A stretch of DNA of 64,000 bases from Mobula hypostoma (Eukaryota). The stretch lies in contig NC_086107.1 in the NCBI RefSeq assembly GCF_963921235.1, forward strand, positions 94,676,001-94,740,000. The letters run 5' to 3'. Below, one piece after another: positions 39,353 through 52,200 of the stretch. Each line of letters starts with the position of its first letter. The stretch's first letter is position 1. Under the pieces are notes generated by a model. The model did no database searches, had not been told where the DNA came from, and saw nothing but the letters and a program-made list of their open reading frames with translations. Made by a program: the position numbers and the translations under genes.

Positions 39353-41207
39353 GTACAAGGTTAATGGTAGGATTCTTAGCAGTGTGGAGGAATGGAGGGA
39401 TCTTAGGATCCATATCAATTGATCCCTCAAAGTTCCTGCATACGTTGATAGAGTGGTAAACAAGGCAGATGGTGTGTTACCTTCCTTAGCTGGGAAATTA
39501 AGTTGAAGAGCCACAAGGTAATGCTGCAGTTCTATAAGACTCTGGCTAGACCATCCTTGGAGTATTATGCTCAGCTCTGGTCAACTCAGTACAGGAAGGA
39601 TGGGAAAGAGGGTACAGAGGTGCACCTGGATTAGAGGGCATGTCTTATGAGGAAAGGTTGAGCGAGCTAGGGTTTTTCTCTTTGGAGCAAAGAAGGATTA
39701 GTAGTGACATGATAGAGGTGTTCAAGAGATAAGAGGCATAGACCAAGATGACAGTGAGAGACTTTTTCCCTACTATACATTAAGCAGGTCAACCCCAGGT
39801 TTCAGATTGTTTGTACAAATTCCTACGAAGTGTATAAACATGGGCATTGAACACCAAATAGGTCTAGGTGCAACACTTGCAGCAATTAATAACCTTCCTG
39901 TGTTACTTGCAGCAGTCCTAGAACCTACCCTAACATAAACACCAGAGATTCTGCAGATGCAAGGAATCCAGAGCAACACACACTAAAAACTGGAGCAGGC
40001 CCGGCAGTATCTATAGAAATGAATGACAGTCGACATTCAAGCCGAGATCCTTCATCGGTGTCCTAACTTGCTGAGTTCCTCCAGCATTTTGTGTGTGTTG
40101 CAATGAACCTTCTGTATCAGCTTCTGTGATCAGTGAATACCGTAATCGGCAGCAGGCACACTTGGGCAAAGTACGACAAAGCAAACCGGTGCAGCACGAT
40201 ACCACAGTGGTCAGTGTAACACTACTCCAAAGGGTGGAGGGGGAAGCTCCTTGAAACCTAGCGAATACTGAGAGGCTTCGATAAAGTGAACATGGAGAGG
40301 ATGCTTCCTATAGTGGGGGAGTCTAGGACCAGATGGCACAGCCTCAGAATACAAGGACATTCCTTTGGAACAGAAATTAGGAGCGATTTCTTTAGCCAGA
40401 AGGTGTTGAATTAGTGGAATTCATTGCCACAAACTTGCTGTGGAGACCAAGTCATTTGGTATATTTAAAGCAGAGTTTGATAGGTTCTTTATTAGTCAGA
40501 GTGTTAAAGCTTATGGGGAGGAGGCAGGAGAATGGGGTTGAGAGGGCAAGTAAACCACCATGATGGAATGATGGGCCGAACGGTCTAATTCTGCTCCTAT
40601 TGTCTTATTATAGAGACGGCAAACCGGGCTCAATTCTGCTGATATCTGCAGAGAGTTTGCACGTTTTCTCTGTGATCACATGGGTTTCCTCCGAGTGCTC
40701 CAATTTCCTCTTGCATTCCAGAGACGTATGGGTTAGTAGGTTAATTGGGTCACGTGGGTGACTTGGTCTCATTGGGCAGAAGGCCTGTTACCATCTCCAA
40801 ACTAAATTCAGCAGACGGTACAAATCTAATCATGTTTGTGAAAGTTGGAAGGAAATGCTTCAGGAAAGAAATGGCACCACACTGCCCCCCCCCCACAACC
40901 CCACCCAGACATTAAAGAGACTTTTCCCTATGTAAGCTGGTCCAGTTAATTGGCCAGTCTCAGTGACCCTGCACTTTGGCAGCCAAGGCATTAGTCAAGC
41001 GCTTTTATTATGCCTGAAAAGTCAAGAACTACAAATGCTGGAAATGTGAAGTGGAAGCAGAAAGGGATGGGAACACTCAGCAGTGCAAGGGGCATCTGTG
41101 GAGAGAGCTAAGATTCCACTTTGTAATTTCACTCCTTGAAATGAGTGCAATGAGAAACAGCGTTCATTTGCTAAGTTGCATTCTGCAGCATGAAAATATT
41201 TTTTATA

Positions 41208-41234
41208 TTTATATATATATATATATATATATAT
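41208..41234. repeat. (TA)n microsatellite; another at about 36390-36410
   Basis: Seen directly. Confidence 0.9.
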
Positions 41235-41278
41235 CCACACTCAGCGACTTGAACACTACATTTTATAGGGGTGTTTTA

Positions 41279-41804
41279 CACTCAGTGGCTGCTTTATTAG
41301 GTGCAGCTGCTCATTAATACAATGATCTTATCAGCAACTCAGTGCATAAAAGCATACAGACATGGTCAGGAGGTTCAGTTGTTGTTCAGATCAAACATTA
41401 GAATGGGGAAGAAATGTGATCTAAATGACTTTGACCGGGAATGATTGTTGGTGCCAGATGGGGTGGTTTGAGTATCTCAGAAACTGCTGAGCTCTTGGGA
41501 TTTTAATGCATAACAGTCTCCAGAGACTGCAAAAAGCAAAAAAAAAAGCATCCAGTGAGCAGCAGTTCTGTGGGTGAAAATGCCTTGTTAATGAGAGAGG
41601 TCAGAGGAGAATGGCCAGACTGGTTCAAGCTGACAGGAAGGTGACAGTAACTCAAATAACCACACGTTACAACAGTGGTGTGTAGAAGAGCATCTCTGAA
41701 CGCACAAGTTGAACCTCGAAGGGCTACAGTAGAAGTCCATGAACATACAGGAAGTGACCACTTTATTAGCTGCAGGAGATCCCTAATAAAGTGGCCACTG
41801 AGTG
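41279..41804 (+). mobile_element. Tc1/mariner internal-deletion derivative (526 bp)
   Basis: 23-bp TIRs CACTCAGTGGCyrCTTTATTAGG (41279-41301, 41782-41804), TA on both sides, and a frameshifted transposase N-terminal remnant MGKKCDLNDFDR/MIVGARWGGLSISETAELLGF from 41403. Confidence 0.88.
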
Positions 41805-42046
41805 TATATTTATATTTACTGTGTCATTTTATTGCATTCTTTGTACTGCATCAGATCCAGAGTAACAATCATTTCATTCTCCTTTCCACTCGTAAACTGA
41901 TGAATGACAATACACAACCTGGAAACGAAATGACATAGGGTTGACAACTAAAACCAAGTGCAGGGGTAGATCATGTAGCTCCTCTAACCCGCTACACAAT
42001 AAGTTCAATGTCAACTGTATTTCAACATTCAGCTCAAACACGTCAC

Positions 42047-42154
42047 CTGCTGCTGCTGCACTGCTTGAGATACTGGCATTGCTCCAGGCGGCTTCTGCAT
42101 GAAGGCTGGATTGGGCATTGACCCAGTTCCCATCTGCTGCGTCCCCCCAAGTTG
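42047..42154 (-). CDS. MED25: MED25 exon: QLGGTQQMGTGSMPNPAFMQKPPGAMPVSQAVQQQQ
   Basis: TTTTTCTTTGCAG acceptor, GTGACG donor; 108 bp, phase 0 to 0, open frame. Q/G/P-rich like the post-ACID region. Confidence 0.82.
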
Positions 42155-43127
42155 CTGCAAAGAAAAAGTTAGATTAAAAAGGGAAATGAGCTTTATTTGT
42201 CACGTACGTCGAAACATATGGTGAAATGCATTGTTTGTGTTAAGTCAAATCACTGAGGATTGCGCTGAGCTGCCCTTGAATGTCACATGTTTCTGGCGCC
42301 AACACAGCATTCCTAAACACACTAAGCCTCACCCAGAGGAAACCCACACATTCACAGGGAGAACGTACAGACAGCGGGCGGCAGGAATGAACCTCGATCT
42401 TGCAGTCGCTGCTAACTGCTAAACTACAGTGCCACACGCACACATATATACTCTTGTTCTCGTCCAGCTGAGTCTAGGCCATACAGTCACACAACACAGC
42501 AATACCCCAACTCATCCAGACCAATCAAGATGCCCACCTACATTACTCTGACATGGCCCACCTAAACTTCTCCTATCCATGTCCCTTGTCTGAGTGTCTT
42601 TAAATGTTGTCCCAGTACTTCCTCAGGCAGTTTGCTCCATATACAGGCCAGCCTCTGTGCACCAACTCACTAACCCTACCCAGTACATCTTTGGGATGTG
42701 GGAGGAAACCGGAGCACCCGGAGGAAACCCACATGGTCACGGGGTGAAGGTACAAACTCCTTACCGACACGGGCGGAATTGAACCCGATCTTACAGTGGG
42801 AGGTGTAAAAGCTCTGCGTTAACCGTTACGCTACCACGCCGCCCAGTAATACAGTTATCCATCATCATTGCTTTAAAGTCTGAATGAAGCATTCAAGGAT
42901 CAACTTTATTTGCCTTGTATGTACATTTACATGTATCAGGGATTTGCTGTGGAGTGTCAGTCAGAGCGCTACATGCAACAACAAAAACCAACATTCAACA
43001 ATTATAAAGAATTATATAAAAATAAAGTTAGAAGTATGGATATGGAATAAAATGAGTGTAAATATATAAACACCGTGTATTTACAATGTAACCCAGTGAT
43101 GGGGGTAATAGATAGAGGGGGGTAAAT

Positions 43128-43440
43128 AAAGGCATCCGTTAGTCTTGTGAGACCATGGATCTGCGCCTGGAAAGTCTTCACTCTCCAGGGCGCAGGCCTG
43201 GGCAAGGTTATATGGAAGACTGGCAGTTGGCCATGCTGCAAGTCTCCCCTCTCCACAACACCAATATTGTCCAAGGGAAGGGCATTAGGACCCATACAGC
43301 TTGGCACCAGTGTCGGTGCAGAGCAATGTGTGATTAAGTGCCTTGCTCAAGGACACAACACACATTGCCTCGGCTGGGGCTCAAACTCATGACCTTCAGG
43401 TCGCTAGTTCAATGCCTTAACCACTTGGCCACGTACCCAT
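43128..43440 (-). mobile_element. tRNA-headed SINE with CORE-like segment and RTE-like tail, copy 1
   Basis: Minus-strand A box TGGCCAAGTGG, B-box-like GTTTGAGCC, then TGTGTCCTTGAGCAAGGCACTTAA; highly similar to 44732-45039. Confidence 0.72.
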
Positions 43441-44731
43441 ATAGAGGTGGTGGGAGAAGGCTAAATAGAATGGTTGATCAGATTAACTGCTTGGGGGAAG
43501 AAACTTTCAAGATGAAGTTTTTGTTTCAGGATACTATCAATATGTCCTAACACACAGAGAGGAAGAGAATTAGGAACACAAGGGAAAAGTAACCTGGCCA
43601 GTGACTCCAGTGACCGAAGAAATGCAGTGGGGAAATTTAAAAAAATGATTCCATCTCTTCTGAGTCTATGAATCCATGTTGCAGTTTCAAAGTTATGAGA
43701 GCAGAGAGTGGGGTATTCGGTGCCGTCTGCCTGCATTTCACTGGTCTCCCTCTCCCTCACTGCTGCCAGAGGAAGATGCAGGAGTCTTGGGTCTTGGGCA
43801 AGGTTGTGAATTGGACTCACTTTTAAAGCACTCTGCAGTCACGCTGTGTGTATCTGGTTACTCCTTTTTTAGAGATGGCTATTTTGCCCAATTTTGATTA
43901 TGACAGACTTCAGTCAACGAACGACACAGCGCTAAATTGAACATTCTTAGTCTGTTTCAAGGACTGTGGTTTGATGTTTAATACTCGCTGTGTTATTTAT
44001 CTTTTCCTGTATGCGCAATTTGTTCTTTTTTTTGTGTGTTGGGTGTTTAATGTTTTCTTTGAACCAATTGCATGGTGTTTCTTTGTTTCCTGATGGTCTG
44101 AGGGAGGACAAGTCTCAGGGTTGTATTCTATATACATACTTTGATAATAGATGTACCTGAAATCTTTGATCTCTTTCTTATTAAGAGCAACATGCTTCAA
44201 GTGTACACATGTCTTTTCATACACAGGATGGAGAATATATGGAACAAGCTGCCAGAGGTGGCTGAGTCAGGTACAGTAGTAACATTTAAGCAGCACTTGG
44301 ATAGGAGGATGGAGGTCAGGACTTGTAGGGATATGAAACACAGGAAATTGGGACTAGCTGGGTAGACAATGTGGTCAGCAGAGACTAGATGGGCTGAAAG
44401 GCCTGTATCCCTGCTATATTGCACTATTACTCTAATAAAGTGATGGCACAACTATTACATATTGTTAAATATTATGTATCAGTTACAAGCTGGGTTACAG
44501 GTACCATCACTTATAAGTATATTTTCTAAGATCACTGGTTAAATCTGTTAATGGTTAATAGGTTAATCTGTTCCATATCTTACAATATTTAATATTAATG
44601 CACTTTAGTTTGTTATTTGTGTGAGACTCATCTGTAGATTTTATCTTTATCTTCATAAGCTGTCATGTGTTATGTGAACTACTGTGTGTTACTCCCTGGT
44701 TCAGAAAAACGTTTTGTTTCTATATACATTC

Positions 44732-45039
44732 TAAAGGCATCCGTTAGTCTTGCGAGACCATGGATCTGCGCCTGGAAAGTCTTCACTCTCCAGGGCGCAG
44801 GCCTGGGCAAGGTTGTATGGAAGACCAGCAGTTGCCCATGCTGCAAGTCTCCCCTCTCCACGACACCAATGTTGTCCAAGGGAAGGGCATTAGGACCCAT
44901 GCAGCTTGGCACCAGTGTCGTCGCAGAGCACTGTGTGATTAAGTGCCTTGCCGAAGGACACAACACACGTTGCCTCGGCTGGGGCTCGAACTCATGACCT
45001 TCAGGTCGCTAGTCCAGACTACCTGGCCACGTGCCCACT
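44732..45039 (-). mobile_element. Same SINE family, copy 2
   Basis: B box GTTCGAGCC; near-identical body to 43128-43440. Confidence 0.72.
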
Positions 45040-46109
45040 ACATTATCTGGTTATATACCTTATATACATCTATTTAGTTAAATGACAATAAACTTGACTT
45101 GAAATCATGATTAAATCACTTGGATATTGTTCATGAGTGACCTAGATACTTAATTGAGATTGAGAGAATTTCCCAGTTGATGATACAAAAAATGGGGACA
45201 TCAAACTTTCAGCAAAGCCAGGGATGTTCCCTCCATGGTATGGAAGTTGAGAGGAGATCTGACCCCAGCACTGAAAAACTCGGGAGTCTGGGCTGGGCAG
45301 GATAGTGAGGCTCTGTTTTCACTGGTGAGATGGCCAAGAACCATTGGATTAAGGAAACTGGCAAAATTGCCAGGAATATATAATAAGCCAAGGAACTAAA
45401 CAGGTCAGGCAGCATCTATAGAGGGAAATGGATGGTCAATGTTTTGGATTGCGACCTTTTGTCGGGACTAGAGGAAAAGGGAGTAGCCGACATGAAAAGG
45501 GTAAGGGGAGGGAGTGGAGCAAGAGCTGGTGGTTGATAGGTGGATCCAGGTGAAAGGGAAGGGGTGATAAACAGACGGGGAGGGGGAGAGTGGGAATGAT
45601 GGACAAAGCTAGGAGGTGATAGGTGGAAATGACAAAGGACTAGAAAAGATGGAACCTGATAGGAGAGGATTTCATGTGATTAATAAATCAATCTGATCTA
45701 ATAAAGGGAGGAAAGAGTGGCATGAAGATTTCTTTTTGCCCTCCTTTTATACAAAGGCACTTTGGGTCTGGAAGTATGCTGCTGGGGTTACGTAGTAGTG
45801 CAGACGTGCTCAATTGCGGTGCTCAAAAACAAATGGCTGAGTACTTAAATGGGGGGAAAGAAAAAGAATCACACAGACCACGGGAAGAGGGGTGAAGGCA
45901 TGGTAGGCAGCCATTTGATTTGTCAAATTTTGTGAGTAAAATTGTCTCCTCTAACATGGTAACATCTGAGATACGATACACCCAATTGGATACATGGCAA
46001 TGGGCAAACTGACTTGAAATGACTGCGTCATCTCCTCCCTCACCCAAATGCAAGTTACACTGAGAGAAAGCCATTTTGTTAACCAGTGATGCCTAATAAA
46101 AGGGCTTAC

Positions 46110-46298
46110 ATTTCTCTGCTGTTCGATTTTCTGCTGCTGGGCTTTCTTGTGGTTGGTTATGACCAGTCGGATTCCATTCACAAAGCCACTCTGATCATTT
46201 GGAATCAGACCCATGAAGATTTTCTTCTTGGAGGAGTACAGCAGCATCAAGACTCTGACCTCGCACGGAGCACTGTGTGGGAAATGGACGCAGCCTGC
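46110..46298 (-). CDS. MED25: MED25 ACID/PTOV exon: [63 protein letters not shown]
   Basis: Near identity to the known MED25 ACID C-half; CAG acceptor and GTAAG donor; 189 bp. Confidence 0.97.
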
Positions 46299-47095
46299 CT
46301 GAAAGAAGCACAAAGATGCAGTATTAACACATGACAGAAATCTAGAGGAGAATGCATTCGGCTAATTTATTAAATTGAAATTATTCATAAGGCATTTTTT
46401 AAAGACGAACCATAGAAAGTACACTAATCAGATGCATCACAGATTAGTATGGCAATTGCTCTGCATGAGGCATAAGAAACTGCAGAGTTGTGGATACAGT
46501 TCAGTATATCACAGAAGCCAGCCTCCCTTTCTTTTGGACAGTACTGTAGCCGGTTCTCTTCAAGGCCTGACCTGCTGTTTTCAGCATTTCCAGTTTTCAC
46601 TTTAGATCGCCAGAAACCGAAGGATTATTTTCTGTTGATCTTCAAAGAATTAGACATGGAAACCACTAAGCAAGGCTATGTGTACAGTATTGTACCAGCC
46701 AATTCTCTCAGGTACACTGATGTGCAGTTTTATAAGAAAGTTGGTGCATTTTTAAAGGCAAAGGACGGCGACACCGAATATTGACTTGATTTAGTTTTTT
46801 TTTGCTGTTTACTGCTCTTTAGAGTAAGTTTTTAGATATTTAGAAACCTTTCATTTCATTATTTTTGAAAGCATCTTTGCTTTACTGAGTTTTTTTTAAC
46901 ATGTGCCCAAGACTTTTGCAGAGTACTGTATGTGTCAGATATGCACTTTATGGGAACTTGTACATCTCCAGAATACTTTTTATTATTAATACTACTGTGT
47001 TCACTGGGAGCACTTGCCCTTAACCTGAGGTTTACCAATGGAGTCATTTCTATTAGGGTCACTCCAGCACTACAGAGAAAGTCATATGCACTTAC

Positions 47096-47203
47096 AAAGC
47101 CATTGGCCATAATTCGATAAAGGCCCTTTAACGATTCCAAATCCTTGTTTGTGAACTGGAACTGGACCATCCGAGAATTCCGGAACAAATGGCCAAGAGT
47201 TGT
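47096..47203 (-). CDS. MED25: MED25 ACID exon: [36 protein letters not shown]
   Basis: Near identity to the MED25 ACID domain; CAG and GTAAG; 108 bp. Confidence 0.97.
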
Positions 47204-48207
47204 CTGCACATTGATGGACAAGAACAGCAAAACAACAAGATCAATAGGGACTAAATGTTTGCCGCTGATCCCTCTAAACATTATCCCCAATAAAACCACA
47301 GCGGTTTCTTCGCAAGTCTGTGTACGTATGAGTGCCTTTGTAAGCAAAGAATGAGCCTTTGACAGAAGGAAACTACAGAATTGATGGTATCTGGTCACGA
47401 TGTTGCAGTTTGTCAGGAGCTGGCTTGATGGAGAACCCGCCCTTTCTCCTGGGTACAATGGTGTAATGCTTGAATTGCAGGACTGCCGTACTGAATAACT
47501 GGAGACTCAAATTCAACTCCCGTGGATGGGTAAAATTTTAACTAATTAGCTCTAAAGTACATCTGCCTCAGTAGATATAACCACAGACCGTCACAGAACA
47601 AGTACAGCACTGGCGAGGTCATGTAGCCCACAATGTGTGCAATCTCGAAGCCAATTTATACTGCATATCCTCCTCCTGTGTATCATCCCTATCCCTCCAT
47701 TCCCTTCACATTTACGTGTCTGTTTAAAAGCTTCTTATAACTCTACCAAACTGTCTGATTCCACTACCAGTCCTGGTAAACCATTCCAGGCACCTATCAC
47801 TCTGAGAAAAACTTACCCCTCACGTCACCTATCAACTTCCTTCCTCTAACCTCTTTTGTTTGACATTTCTATCTTTACAGATAACATCTACACAGTTGAT
47901 GCATATTGTTCAAACTTACAAAGACCCTGATCTGCTCACTCCACTGCTCTGCTAGTAGATACTGTGGCATGTTAAGCACAGTTGAGGTAGTCAGAAGACT
48001 TACAATTTTCAATCCTTTTATTAAGCATTTCATGTTCTACTTGACACCACCCTGATAATTTCCACTTGACCCAAATTACATTGTCTACAGGTGGGAGCAA
48101 AAGGGAAACAGACTGAAAAACAAGTACAAGCCAGCTTGATACATCTAAAGAGTAAATTTATTTGTCACTTATACATCAAAACATACAGTGAGATGCATTG
48201 TTTGTAT

Positions 48208-48492
48208 TGTGGTGACCCATTTTCTGGCACACACGAATCGGCTCACAACAGCGCACGCAGGCAGAGGGCCGGCCCCAAAAAGGGCGCCAGGCCATCTTCA
48301 CCAGCAGAGGGAAAATCCCGCGCGCAGAAAGGGTCTGGGAATATGCATTCCCCACACCAATCCCGCCCATGGAGGGCGGGAACGGGAAGGCTTTAAAGCA
48401 GGCCGCGAAGTTTGAATAAATCTCTTTCATCACAACTCTAACTCACTGACTCCGTGTGGTTATTCTAGCGCTGTGTGTAGCACATCGCTACA
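48208..48492 (+). repeat. 5' LTR (285 bp)
   Basis: Direct repeat of 52279-52559; TATA-like TTTAAA and AATAAA inside. Confidence 0.95.
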
Positions 48493-48494
48493 AT

Positions 48495-48508
48495 TGGTGA
48501 CCCCGACG
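48495..48508 (+). promoter_or_regulatory. Primer binding site complementary to the tRNA-Trp 3' end
   Basis: TGGTGACCCCGACG 2 nt after the 5' LTR, the same as the start of the avian leukosis/sarcoma virus tRNA-Trp PBS. Confidence 0.85.
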
Positions 48509-48532
48509 GCCCAAACGATATTTGCACCAGAG

Positions 48533-49237
48533 ATGACCGATGCTGCATCTGTTCACGCAGTTTTGTTAAAACTGCCAAGCTTCTGGACGCTGCGACCTTA
48601 ATTATGGTTCGAACAAGCAGAAGCACAATTCCACATTCGGCAGATAACCTCGGAGTCCACTCGCTACTACTACGTGCTGAGCTCACTCGACCAGGGGACT
48701 GCTGCACAAGTTGAGGAGTTTATACAGTCGCCCCTGGAGGACGGCAAATACACAGCATTCAAAGCCCTGCTCATAAGGACTTTCGGACTCTCACGGCGCG
48801 AACGAGCACGCCGCTTAATGCACCTGGATGGTTTGGGAGACAGGCCGCCGTCAGCATTAATGAACGAGATGCTGGCCCTGGCTGAAGGACACAAACCCTG
48901 CCTCATGTTTGAGCAGGCGTTCCTAGAGCAACTGTCCGAGGACATATGCCTGCTGCTGTCCGACGCAGATTTCAGCAACCCCCAGGAGGTGGCGGCCCAA
49001 GCAGATGTGCTGTGGAATGCCAGGAAAGAGAGAGGGGCATCCGTCGCACAGATCACCAAGCCGCATGCCCAACGACAGACCAGACCAGACCTGGCAGCAG
49101 AGCCTACAAAACCCGGCGACAGGAGTGAGGAGCTCAACGAACAATGGTGTTTCTACCACCAGCGGTGGGGCACGGAGGCCCGCCGCTGCAGACCGCCCTG
49201 CAAATTCCCGGGAAACGCCAGGGCCAGCCGCCGCTGA
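48533..49237 (+). pseudogene. gag: Gypsy gag with an early in-frame stop
   Basis: ATG at 48533, MTDAASVHAVLLKLPSFWTLRP*LWFEQAEAQF (TAA 48599-48601), then the ORF at 48674-49237 ending in the Cys/His motif [19 protein letters not shown]. Confidence 0.85.
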
Positions 49238-52200
49238 TGGCTACGGCGGCTGGCCATCAGGACAGCCTCCTGTACGTCTGGGACAAGCAGTCGGGACGCC
49301 GCTTTTCGGTCGACACCGGAGTGGAGATCAGCGTTTTACCTCCAACGAGTTACGACATCCGCAACAGAGAACTGGGACCCACCCTGAGGGCCGCTAATGG
49401 CAGCACAATACGAACCTACGGCACCCACATGGTATGGCTACAGTTCAGCTCCAGCCGGTTCACGTGGGACTTCACACTGGCCGCCGTGGCCCAACCACTG
49501 CTGGGGGCAGATTTTCTACGAGCCCACAGCCTGCTGGTCGACCTGCAAGGGAAGCGATTAGTCCACGCCAAGACTTTTCAAACGTTCTCCCTGGGTGAAG
49601 CACAGTTGCCAGCCCCACACCTGGACTCCATCACGCTGTCCGACGATGAATTCACCAGGGTCTTGGCGGATTTCCCATCAGTACTGACACCACAGTTCAC
49701 GGCAGCCAAGCCCAGACACGGAGTACAGCACCACATCCCGACCCAGGGACCACCCCTCCACGCCCGTGCTCGAAGGCTTCCCCCGGACAAGCTCCGACTG
49801 GCGAAGGAGGAGTTCAAGAAGATGGAGGAATTAGGGATCATACGATGGTCCGACAGCCCATGGGCCTCCCCTCTGCACATGGTGCCCAAGGCAACGGGGG
49901 GCTGGAGACCATGCGGTGACTACCGCAGACTGAACGAGGCTACAACGCCAGACCGCTACCCTGTGCCGCACATTCAAGACTTCGCAGCAAACCTACACGG
50001 CGCAAGGATCTTTTCCAAGGTAGACCTTGTCCGGGGATACCATCAAATCCCTGTACATCCGGACGACATCTCCAAAACAGCACTTATCACCCCGTTCGGA
50101 CTTTTCGAATTCCTCCGAATGTCGTTTGGTCTAAAGAATGCCGCACAGACTTTCCAGCGGCTAATGGACGCGGTGGGACGCGACCTGGACTTTGCATTCA
50201 TCTATTTGGACGACATCCTCATAGCCAGCAGTAGTTGGCAAGAGCATCTGTCCCATCTCCGCCAGCTCTAGGGCCTTACAATCAATCCAGCCAAATGCCA
50301 GTTCAGACTCGACACCATCGACTTCCTGGGCCACAGGATTACTAAAGACGGGGCAACCCCGCTGCCCGCCAAGGTAGACGCGGTCCGCCACTTCCCCCGA
50401 CCCAACACAAAGGCCTGCAGGAATTCCTGGGTATGGTGAATTTCTACCACCGTTTCCTCCCCTCAGCAGCCCGAACCATTCGCCCCCTCTTCACTCTAAT
50501 GTCAGGTAAGGGCAAGGACATTACCTGGGACGAAGAGGCTGCAACCGCTTTCGTTAAAACCAAAGAAGCCTTAGCAAACGCCGCGACGCTAGTGCACCCC
50601 AGAACGGACGTTCCTATTGCCCTCACGGTGGACGCATCCAACACAGCGGTTGGTGGAGTGCTGGAACAACTCATCGAGGGTCTCTGGCAACCCCTGGCGT
50701 TCTTCAGCAAACACCTACGACCACCCGAACTCAAATACAGTGCTTTCGACCGGAAGCTATTGGCACTATACCTGGCAATCCGGCATTTCAGGTACTTCTT
50801 AGAAGGTAGGCCCTTCACCGCGTTCACAGACCACAAACCGCTTACCTTTGCGTTCATAAAGGTGTCCGACCCTTGGTCGTCCCGCCAGCAGCGACATCTG
50901 TCCTACATCTCCGAGTACACGACGGACATCCGGCATGTCTCTGGAAAGAACAATGTCGTGGCAGACGCACTTTCCAGACCGACCATACAGGTCCTGTCCC
51001 AGGGGGTGGACTATGCAGCGCTGGCAGAGGCACAGCAGGCAGACGCTGAGATCCCCAGTTACAGGACTGCAGTCTCCGGTTTGCAGCTCCAAGACCTCCC
51101 CGTAGGCCCAGGTGAGAGGACCCTACTATGTGACGTAGCTACCGGCCAACCCTGCCCCATCGTCCCAGCAGCCTGGCGCCGGCGGGTGTTCGAATCCATT
51201 CACAACTTAGCACACCCCTCCATCAGGACAACCGTCTGGCTGGTCGCCAACAGGTTCATGTGGCATGGGCTTCGTAAACAGGTCAGTGAATGGGCTAAAA
51301 CGTGTATGCAGTGCCAAACGGCCAAGGTGCAGCGGCACACCAAGGCTCCACCGCAGCGGTTCGAACCCACCCGCCGGAGGTTCGACCACATCCATGTGGA
51401 TATCGTGGGGCCCCTGCCAGTGTCACGAGGAGCGCAGTACCTCCTAACTATGATAGACCGGTTCACCAGATGGCCAGAGGCAGTCCCGCTCACCGACACC
51501 ACCTCCGAATCCTGCGCCCGAGCACTGATCGCAACCTGGGTAGCCTGCTTCGGGGTACCGGCCCACATTACCTTCGACAGGGGCGCTCAGTTCACCTCCA
51601 GCCTGTGGTCGGCTATGGCCAGCCTTTTAGGAACACAGCTACACCACACAACTGCCTACCACCCACAGTCGAACGGACTAGTGGAGCGCTTCCACCGTCA
51701 CCTGAAATCGGCTCTCACGGCCCGCCTGGAGGGGCCTAACTGGGTGGACGAACTTCCCTGGGTCCTGCTCAGAATCCGCACGGTGCCCAAGGAGGATCTA
51801 CACACCTCGTCGGCCGAGTTGGTGTACGGTGCGCCCCTGGTCGTCCCAGGAGAGTTCATACCAGCCCCAAGGGGGCAAGAGGAAGAACCCACAGCAGTCC
51901 TGGACAGACTACGGGAGAGGCTCGGTAACCTGGCCCCCATCCCCACTTCACAGCACGGACAGAGCCCGACCTGCGTACCCAAAGACCTGCAGAACTGTAA
52001 GTTTCTTTTTGTACGACGGGGCGGACACCAGGCACCGCTACAGCGGCCCTACGAGGGACCGTTTAAGGTGATCAGGAACAACGGGTCCACGTTCGTGCTG
52101 GACACTGGGGGGAGAGAGGAGGTTTTCATGGTGGACCGACTCAAACTGGCCCATGTGGACTTGGCGCAACCGGTCCAGGCTCAGGCACCGCGGCGCAGGG

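Noticed and set aside
43370..43440. tRNA gene (also about 44970-45039 and 55262-55330)
   Set aside because: A and B boxes are present, but the sequences run straight into SINE bodies and lack a clean cloverleaf.
45951..47203. PTOV1 instead of MED25
   Set aside because: There is a single PTOV/ACID domain, followed by the MED25-specific LRSLL box and ILMDLI terminus.
46859..47458. 199-aa ORF as a separate protein
   Set aside because: Only 47096-47203 is a MED25 exon; the rest is intronic read-through.
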